From the NCBI GenBank assembly GCA_963764145.1, contig CAVXRC010000005.1, positions 1,660,413 through 1,692,412 on the forward strand: a stretch of 32,000 bases of DNA. The letters are read 5' to 3'. Position 1 is the first letter of the stretch. The number at the start of each line of letters is the position of its first letter. The translations under genes were made by a program, and so were the position numbers. Below are positions 26,206 to 32,000 of the stretch, one piece after another. The notes under the pieces were generated by a model that saw nothing but the letters and a program-made list of their open reading frames with translations, did not search any database and had not been told where the DNA came from. Source of the DNA: an uncultured Acidobacteriota bacterium (GTDB taxonomy: Bacteria > Acidobacteriota > Terriglobia > Terriglobales > Acidobacteriaceae).

Positions 26206-26967
26206 CTAACCCTTGAGAATTTCCGCGGTGGTCTTTGCGATTATCTCGATGATGCTTTCCCGTACAGCCTCGCCCGCTTTGGCGAGATTGATTTGAATTA
26301 GTTTTCGTTTCGCAGGTGCGAGGTCAGCTTTGGGGTCCGACATGACGTATTGCAGGTCATCCCAGAGCTCCTCACGCTCCTCATACGACAATTGGTCATC
26401 GTGGTCGAGTAGGCGGCGGGCAGTTTGCAGACGGTCCTCCATCCATGGGTAGGGCTTTCCGCACCGATGACAGAACAAGGGCAGAACATAGCCTCTCGTG
26501 TCTTGAAATTGCTGGGAACCTCGTATTGGCTCAGTGCACCCCGGACACTCGTGAATGCATGAGGCGCCGCACTTGCTGCAATGCGCGTCCGACTCGAAAG
26601 GCATCCCATCACAGTGTTGGATGTGGCCCTTTCGGCATATTTGGGCGCTGCAGTGGATTCCGTCTGGATGCGTACCGTCTGCCCGGCTCTTATCGCGAGC
26701 CTCGTTCTCCAGCGCCTCCTTAACTAACCGAAGAGCCCAAGCCTTGTATTCGTCCTGTCGCTCTTCCTCAGCAAAATAGCCGCCTTGCCGCCTCACTGAA
26801 AAGTGCGGGACCCACTCGACCGCTTTCCCCGTCGCTGTCGGGGGAGCGCAGACGCGGAACTGTCTCTCATTGATGTGAACCGTAGCAACTTCCTGCAAGA
26901 GCGTTGAGATATTGGAGCCGCGTAGGACGGTTTGAATGAGCACGACTCTCGTACTCGGACTGGCCAT
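26206..26967 (-). CDS. Cys-rich zinc-ribbon protein (DUF2321-like core) with unknown N- and C-terminal domains
   Basis: Intact 253-aa ORF. Cysteine clusters: HCSAQICRKGH...HCSKCGASCIHECPGCTEPIRG...FCHRCGKPYPW. The pattern C..GH / C.KCG...C..C...IRG / C..CGKPYPW matches my memory of DUF2321. Confidence 0.5.
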   Translation of the reverse strand: MASPSTRVVLIQTVLRGSNISTLLQEVATVHINERQFRVCAPPTATGKAVEWVPHFSVRRQGGYFAEEERQDEYKAWALRLVKEALENEARDKSRADGTHPDGIHCSAQICRKGHIQHCDGMPFESDAHCSKCGASCIHECPGCTEPIRGSQQFQDTRGYVLPLFCHRCGKPYPWMEDRLQTARRLLDHDDQLSYEEREELWDDLQYVMSDPKADLAPAKRKLIQINLAKAGEAVRESIIEIIAKTTAEILKG

Positions 26968-27001
26968 CTTCGAGACCTCTACCTAACATTCTAGAGACTA
27001 A

Positions 27002-27490
27002 TTACGATAACGTCGGCAGTTCTCCAAGCCTAATAGTGATTGGCTCTCCCTCCGGGCCAAGCGAATCTATCGCGATTTCCATGTTCTCTTTGAACTCTTT
27101 CATAACCTCTGCAAGCCCGAATACGTCTGCGAGACTGCCTAAGATCGAGTTCAGTGTTTTGAGAATCGGAGCGAGTGTCCCATTCTGAAGGTATTCCCAC
27201 AGGAGTTCGAGCTTTGCGCGAAGTTCTTCCGCAAGCAGTCCAACGCGGGCGAGAGATGCACTCAGGCCCTTACTCAGGCCGATGTCAAGCCTTTTCATAG
27301 TTCCCGCTACCCGATTGAATGTATGGACACGAAGGACGTCCAGATTCTCGATGATTCTAGTTGGTCTTTCGCCCCAACGATTGCGCAGTTCATCGAAGAC
27401 CTGCTGCAAAGTCTGTTGCGAGATGCGAATGAGGGTGCGCAAATTTTCCCGCGAGCGCCTTTCGGTGTTCGTTTCGCGACGTTTTGCCAT
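27002..27490 (-). CDS. Hypothetical all-helical protein
   Basis: Intact 162-aa ORF, 34 nt upstream of the Zn-ribbon gene on the same strand. I recognise no motif. Confidence 0.5.
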   Translation of the reverse strand: MAKRRETNTERRSRENLRTLIRISQQTLQQVFDELRNRWGERPTRIIENLDVLRVHTFNRVAGTMKRLDIGLSKGLSASLARVGLLAEELRAKLELLWEYLQNGTLAPILKTLNSILGSLADVFGLAEVMKEFKENMEIAIDSLGPEGEPITIRLGELPTLS

Positions 27491-27717
27491 TGTAGGCGGA
27501 ATTCTACCACTCTCTAAGCTGCAACCTCAGCGGGCCTTGTCACACACACCTGATAAAGAAACAAATCGCTTTTGAAAGCGCCTCCAATCAGCAGGCACCT
27601 GAATATTCCGAAGTGTGCCGACCGGCACTTCGTTGTTGCGTTTCACGCATCAATGTGGCGAAAAAAGCCTTGGACACATAAAAGAAACGCGGCCATATCG
27701 CGTCATCGGAGGTCACG

Positions 27718-27971
27718 ATGACGTTCCCCATTTCATCACGTTCTACTCAAATTTCAGTTCAGAGACGCTTCCCGGTTATCGAATTCGAACCGCTCTTGGA
27801 TGCTATCGAGGCCGCGGCTCTGCTCCGCATGCACCCGAACACGCTTAAGAAAAAGCTCGCCTTGGCGAGATCCCTGGTCGCCATATCGGCAAATACTGGC
27901 GCTTTCGCGTCTCGGATCTCAACGATTGGCTCTTGCGCCAGGAGCGGGCGGACGGCCCGCGAGTCCTTTGA
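27718..27971 (+). pseudogene. Excisionase/AlpA-type HTH protein with a frameshift near 27859-27861
   Basis: ATG 27718 after GGAGGT. ...LLDAIEAAALLRMHPNTLKKKLA continues in another frame as LGEIPGRHIGKYWRFRVSDLNDWLLRQERADGPRVL* (stop at 27969-27971). The join lies at a C-run. Confidence 0.6.
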
Positions 27972-28350
27972 TAGCGAACACGCGCACGATGTCCCGCTTT
28001 GTGCGGAGGGGGTCGCGAAGAGTTCATCGTCGGATTGGCGAACTTCCTGCACTGGGATCGAGTGGGAACTTTGGTCCAGAAGGCGTCTGCCGTTTGGTAT
28101 CCCGCCTTCTGCTCGGTCACTGCTTCGGGGCATAACCGGCGCCCGGCGGCAGCTCGCTCTTCTGCTTCGATTGCATCGCCCTGTGGGTTACGGTTTCCGA
28201 TCGAAATCTTGTTCGCAAAGTGCAGCGAAAAGATTTCTCCGGAGCCTCCGTAAATGCAGAGCTTCGGCCTTGGGAGCCGGGCCCCTCGCTTGGCTTCGCC
28301 GGGTGTGACCCGAGCAGGACGCGGGAATTCAACAAAACGGAGACGAGATC

Positions 28351-28728
28351 ATGTACCAGAACAAAGTCAGCCTCATCGGATTCCTCGGCGGTGATGCAGA
28401 AGTTCGCAACGCCAACAACCGCAGCTTCACAACACTCTCACTCGCGACCAAGTCCTCCTACAAGGACAAGAAGAGCGGCGAGTACGTCGCGCAGACCGAA
28501 TGGCATCGCTGCGTCGTCTTCGGCAAGCTCGCCGAGTTTGCCGGAACGCTCACGAAGGGCGCTCATGTCCAGATCGAAGGCGAACTGCGCAGCCGCGAAA
28601 TCGCGACCAAGAATTCCGACTTCAAGCGGCGCATCTGGGAAATCCGCGTCGATTCCATCCTGAAGCTCGACCGGGCTGAGAAAGCCGGCCCGGAGGACCA
28701 GGATACCGGGGAGGAACCGGCCGCTTAG
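28351..28728 (+). CDS. ssb: Single-stranded DNA-binding protein
   Basis: OB-fold pattern MYQNKVSLIGFLGGDAEVR...TEWHRCVVFGKLAEFA...LTKGAHVQIEGELRSRE. The tail is acidic (GPEDQDTGEEPAA) and lacks the canonical D-D-D-I-P-F tip. Confidence 0.85.
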   Translation: MYQNKVSLIGFLGGDAEVRNANNRSFTTLSLATKSSYKDKKSGEYVAQTEWHRCVVFGKLAEFAGTLTKGAHVQIEGELRSREIATKNSDFKRRIWEIRVDSILKLDRAEKAGPEDQDTGEEPAA

Positions 28729-28758
28729 GCCGGTCCTCCTCCACCGGAGGACTTCGCC

Positions 28759-29722
28759 ATGAGTTTTGATCTGATCCTTCCATTCCTTCGCCCGATCGAG
28801 CCGCTCCTGCTCGACGAGAGCGTGAGCGAGATCATGGGCAATCCCGACGCGTCATGGTGGTACGAGCGCGACGGGATTGTCTCGCCGGAAGCGAGCATTC
28901 GATTCGACGCGGGCAGACTGCGCACCGGGCTCGAAGTGATTGCGAATCATCTCGGCAAAAAGCTGGATGAAGACAATCCTCTCCTGCATGCTCAGCTTCC
29001 GGATGGCAGCCGCATCGCGGCAGTGATTCCCCCGGTTGTTCGACCTGCTCCGGCGCTCACGATCCGGAAGTTCACGAGCCGCAGATTCACCATCGATGAC
29101 CTGATCGCTCGCGGAACCTTAAGTGCGCTCGCTTGCGGACTACCTAAGCGCGCAGATCCGCGCGGCAAGACCATCCTTATCAGTGGCGGAACCGGGACCG
29201 GAAAGACGACCCTGCTGAACATTCTTGCCCAGGCAATTCCGGCAGGAGAGCGGATCGTAGTCATCGAGGATACGGCTGAGCTTGCGCATCGAGAAGCCGA
29301 ACATCTTGGCTGCCGAATGCCAGACCGATACCTTCAAGTCCCGCATCTCCTTCGACGATCTTTTGAAGTCGGCTCTGCGCTGGCGACCCGACCGGATCAT
29401 CCTCGGCGAAGTCCGCGGAACCGAAGCGCGAACGCTGCTCGATTCCTTCAATACTGGCCACGCCGGATCGCTGGCAACAATCCACGCAAACTCTGCCGAA
29501 AAGGCCCTCCATCGCTTCGCCAATCTCGTGATGCGCAGCCACTCGCAGAGCACATTCTCCGATACCGAAGCTGAGATCGGAGAGGCCGTCGATTTCGTGG
29601 TCCATATCGAGCGCAAGCCGGGCTGCAGAGTTGTCCGCGAAGTTCTGGCCATTCGCGGCTATGACCGGGACGCGAAGCGATTCCTGATCGAGCCCGTCAT
29701 GGAGGCGAACCATGCCGCATAG
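28759..29722 (+). pseudogene. virB11: T4SS VirB11-type ATPase, frameshifted (a compensated pair at ~29121/~29165, plus one at ~29282)
   Basis: Walker A ILISGGTGTGKTTLLN. IVVIEDTAEL then shifts to (L)RIEKPNILAAECQTD...LRWRPDRIILGEVRGTEA...NTGHAGSLATIHANSAEKAL. Between 29123 and 29164 the peptide VRSLADYLSAQIRA is readable only in the alternative frame. Confidence 0.8.
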
Positions 29723-30679
29723 AGAGCCGATTAACATCGGAATCGCCCGCGAATTCCTCAGCCGATCCTTCGCTCCCAGCGAGACGATTGCGATCGTCCT
29801 TCGCCGCACTTCGCCGGCCACAATCGTCCAGCGAATCGTCACGCTGGAGCGTGCGCTTCAGCCTCGGTATCTGGGCTGGTTGGCGCACGAAAATGCTACC
29901 GGAGCGAACGTCTATTTCGCCGCGAATCCTCTGGTTCCGGGAGCCGGAAACGGACCAAGGAAAGCGTCGCCGAAGTCCGGCATCTATACCTCGATCTGGA
30001 CACGGATGGAGAGGCGAAACTCGCCGCTCTAAGGACCTCGAATACGGTCCCAATTCCGACTGCAATCGTGTCCACTTCGCCGGGCAAATACCAGGTGCTT
30101 TGGCGGGTTGAAAGCATCCCCTTTGAGCAGCAGGAAGCCCTGCTCAAACTGCTGGCCATAACCTTCGGCGGAGACCCGGCTTGCACCGACTGCAACCGGG
30201 TCCTTCGCCTTCCCGGATTCCTGAACCAGAAGTACGCGCCGGCGCACCTTGTAACGGTCGAATACCCGACCTTATCGGTGTCGCATCCCGAGGACTTTAA
30301 GCTCGCTTATCCGGTCCCTAATCGGGAGCTTATCCGGGGGCCAATCGGACCCCTAAAGCCGACCGGAAAGCACTCCAATTCCGAGTCCGATTGGGCATGG
30401 ATTCTCGGGGAATTAGCCCGCGGAAAGGACCCGCTTAAGCTCACCCGAACGCTGGCCGAAAGGCGCTCGGATAAGCCGAATCCGGCGTACTACGCCAAGC
30501 GAACTGTCGACGTTGCATCGGCCTGGCTCTGGCTGAAGGACGGCCTTCCCATAGCGGATGTCGTCACCATGCTTCAGGTTCGCCGCCGCTTCCAGATTCC
30601 CGACAAGCTTTGCTCTGCCCGCGCACATGAGATTGCGTTCACGGCGCAGCGCATGATCGCCCGCAAGAAGATCGCCTGA
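29712..30679 (+). pseudogene. RepB-type (RSF1010 RepB'-like) DNA primase with a frameshift near 29946-29950
   Basis: ATG after GGAGG. ...GANVYFAANPLVPGAG shifts to KRTKESVAEVRHLYLDLDTDGEAKLAAL...PTAIVSTSPGKYQVLWRVE...FGGDPACTDCNRVLRLPGFLNQKY, which matches the RepB_primase signature as I remember it. Confidence 0.7.
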
Positions 30680-30705
30680 TTTCAGGCCACCAAGGAGGTT
30701 CGTAT

Positions 30706-31206
30706 ATGCCATTGATTGAAGTCACCCAAAGCCGATACGTGAGCGCCACGATTCGCCTCGACTCGGCCACCGCAAACCTGGTCGATCAGTACGCCGCATT
30801 TGTCCACGGATCGGCCGACGATGTCGTGGACAAGGCACTCAACTACGTCTTCGCCAAGGACCGCGAGTTTCAGGAGTATCTGAAGTCCTCGCGGTCCGGC
30901 GAAAGTGGTGCCGTCTCTGCGCGTGCGCAGACTCGGGACCGGAGAGGCGCGGAGCCTGCGGCCAACGGAAAGGCGCCGCCGTCGGGGTGGAGACACGTCG
31001 TGAGCCAGTTCCAAAAGCTGCATCGGTACCCGAAGAATCCCGTTCGGTGCTGCGCACCGGCTGAATCTCGACACTCCACCCCTCGTAGGGCGCTGCAGAG
31101 CTACTCTAGTAGCTCGTTGGCTCCGCTGAAAACAAATACCTTGCGAGCACGTAGTAGCTCCATAGCTCTCCAGGTGGCGGAAACTACACGTAAAGGAGGC
31201 ATCTGA
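30706..31206 (+). CDS. Hypothetical protein with a possible ribbon-helix-helix-like N-terminus; the 3' half is doubtful
   Basis: The N-terminal 65 aa look like real coding sequence (MPLIEVTQSRYVSATIRLDSATANLVDQYAAFVHGSADDVVDKALNYVFAKDREFQEYL). The remainder is R/S/P-rich and carries the repeat cluster at 31098-31168, so the true stop may be earlier. Confidence 0.4.
   Translation: MPLIEVTQSRYVSATIRLDSATANLVDQYAAFVHGSADDVVDKALNYVFAKDREFQEYLKSSRSGESGAVSARAQTRDRRGAEPAANGKAPPSGWRHVVSQFQKLHRYPKNPVRCCAPAESRHSTPRRALQSYSSSSLAPLKTNTLRARSSSIALQVAETTRKGGI
31098..31168 (+). repeat. Hexamer cluster TAGCTC/GAGCTA (4 copies) including a 7-bp-stem hairpin
   Basis: GAGCTAC-TCTA-GTAGCTC hairpin at 31098-31115. 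GTAGTAGCTC at 31151-31160. TAGCTC again at 31163-31168. The cluster lies 40-110 nt upstream of the RHH gene ATG at 31207. Confidence 0.5.
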
Positions 31207-31588
31207 ATGACGAATCTCCTTGACCACCAGGAAATGGCCGCGAAGGTTCACGCAGCCCGCGAAGTCACCGTGAGCACAAAGGTGACGGACCAGGAACTTG
31301 CCCAACTCTGCGACCGCCGCGGCTGGGAGAGCCTCGGCGAATGGATTCGTGATGTGCTTTTGAAAGAGGCGAGATCCGCTCGGACTCTTAGCGCCGAACA
31401 GTTAATGGTCGAAATCATCGGCCTGCAGATGTTCCTGACACGCGTATTCTCGACGATTGCCTGCGGCGATCGGATGACCCCCGAGCAATGCCAGGAACTC
31501 ATGCGCAACGTAAAAGCCAACAAGCATCGCGCCGCCCGCGAAATGCTGGCGCAGTCGAAACAGAGGCGAGGAGGAGCATCATGGCTGA
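31207..31588 (+). CDS. Ribbon-helix-helix (CopG/MobC-like) protein; 3' end uncertain
   Basis: ATG after AAGGAGG. The RHH pattern is EVTVSTKVTDQELAQLCDRRGWESLGEWIRDVLLKEA. This frame has no stop before the window end, which explains its absence from the ORF track. A TGA at 31586-31588 would terminate it only after a 1-nt shift. Confidence 0.5.
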
Positions 31589-32000
31589 AGTCACTTGGGG
31601 CCGGAAAGAGACGATCGTCTGGCCTCCGCATAAACCCATCTACACACTGGGCGCGCTGTTCCTGGGGCTTATCGCAACCGGATTTTTCGTGTATTTCCGG
31701 TTCATTTTTGTGCTGTCGCCGCTGCAGCAGTTCTACCTGCCGGCGTACATCAAAACCGCGGCCACAGCATCCGTTCCTTTCCACACGAAGTACCGGATGC
31801 TGCTCATGTCGGACGCAAAACGTCATGCCTGGTACGCGCGCGATGCGGACGTTGAGACCGGCTCAACGCCGCAGCCAAACGGGAAACCGATTCCTCTTCA
31901 GTTGTCCGATTCCGCGCGGCAAAGAGGGATGGTCTTTCTCTTCCGCAGCGTGCCACTGCGCTTTCCGGCATCGGCGTTCAACGCTATCTGCGGCAACAGG
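31581..32000 (+). CDS. Membrane protein, 5' partial (continues beyond the window)
   Basis: ATG 31581 after GAGGAG. MAEVTWGRKETIVWPPHKPIYTLGALFLGLIATGFFVYFRFIFVLSPL contains a clear TM helix. The frame is open to the window end. Confidence 0.45.
   Translation, partial: MAEVTWGRKETIVWPPHKPIYTLGALFLGLIATGFFVYFRFIFVLSPLQQFYLPAYIKTAATASVPFHTKYRMLLMSDAKRHAWYARDADVETGSTPQPNGKPIPLQLSDSARQRGMVFLFRSVPLRFPASAFNAICGNR

Larger units (their letters stand above)
9891..32000. mobile_element. Integrative conjugative element (integrase, defence-type cargo, VirB/Trb-type T4SS, ImmR/ImmA, SSB, VirB11, RepB primase). The right end lies outside the window.
   Basis: The calls below are co-located. The left junction is defined by the tRNA fragment and an AT-rich patch. 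No relaxase, coupling protein or second att copy is visible in the window. Confidence 0.75.

Noticed and set aside
28733-28752. Hairpin GTCCTCC-TCCACC-GGAGGAC overlapping the virB11 Shine-Dalgarno sequence
   Set aside because: It is a 7-bp stem in GC-rich DNA that could arise by chance. No T tract or conservation evidence is available, so it is not reported as a regulatory feature.
30682-31826. Two long minus-strand ORFs (30682-31305 and 31248-31826)
   Set aside because: They are antisense to plus-strand genes that have good Shine-Dalgarno sequences and RHH or TM features. Their translations are Arg/Cys-rich and featureless.
1-32000. CRISPR arrays, rRNA genes, IS elements with terminal inverted repeats
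   Set aside because: By-eye scanning of both strands found no regularly spaced short repeats, rRNA-like conserved blocks or transposase motifs.

Overview
This is a high-GC bacterial chromosomal window. All family names below come from reading motifs in the ORF translations; no searches were run. The gene content (GloVer-repeat secreted protein, DUF3303, CadC-like wHTH-TPR regulator) weakly suggests an Acidobacteriota-like soil organism, but that is a guess.

Bases 1-9750 look like ordinary or accessory chromosome:
- a secreted jelly-roll protein
- a DUF3303 protein
- a SnoaL-like cyclase
- a wHTH-TPR regulator
- a BBE/FAD oxidase
- a GloVer-repeat protein
- a three-gene operon in which two paralogous uncharacterised proteins are tightly coupled to a DyP-type peroxidase

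At about 9891 a 20-nt tRNA 3'-end fragment (...GAATCCCCCTCTCTCCGCCA on the minus strand) and an AT-rich patch mark the left edge of an integrative conjugative element (ICE). The ICE runs past the right end of the window and contains:
- a tyrosine integrase
- a cargo block: a TIR-like/NDT-like protein, then an ABC/OLD-type ATPase with an overlapping HNH nuclease (Septu-like, but with an extra ~190-aa N-terminal domain)
- an excisionase-type HTH
- a minus-strand type IV secretion operon in the order virB2-B3-B4-B9-B10-lipoprotein-B5-B6-B8
- a LysR HTH remnant
- an ImmR/ImmA-like switch
- an unknown Zn-ribbon plus helical two-gene cassette
- SSB, VirB11, a RepB-type primase and RHH proteins

Many ICE backbone genes are broken by dense 1-nt frameshifts: virB10 5' part, virB9, virB4, virB3, immA, an HTH gene, virB11 and repB. 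Several shifts are compensated and sit in short homopolymers. The cargo genes and the chromosomal flank are intact. This points either to unpolished indel errors in a multi-copy backbone or to a conjugation-dead ICE. No CRISPR array, rRNA gene or complete tRNA gene was seen.
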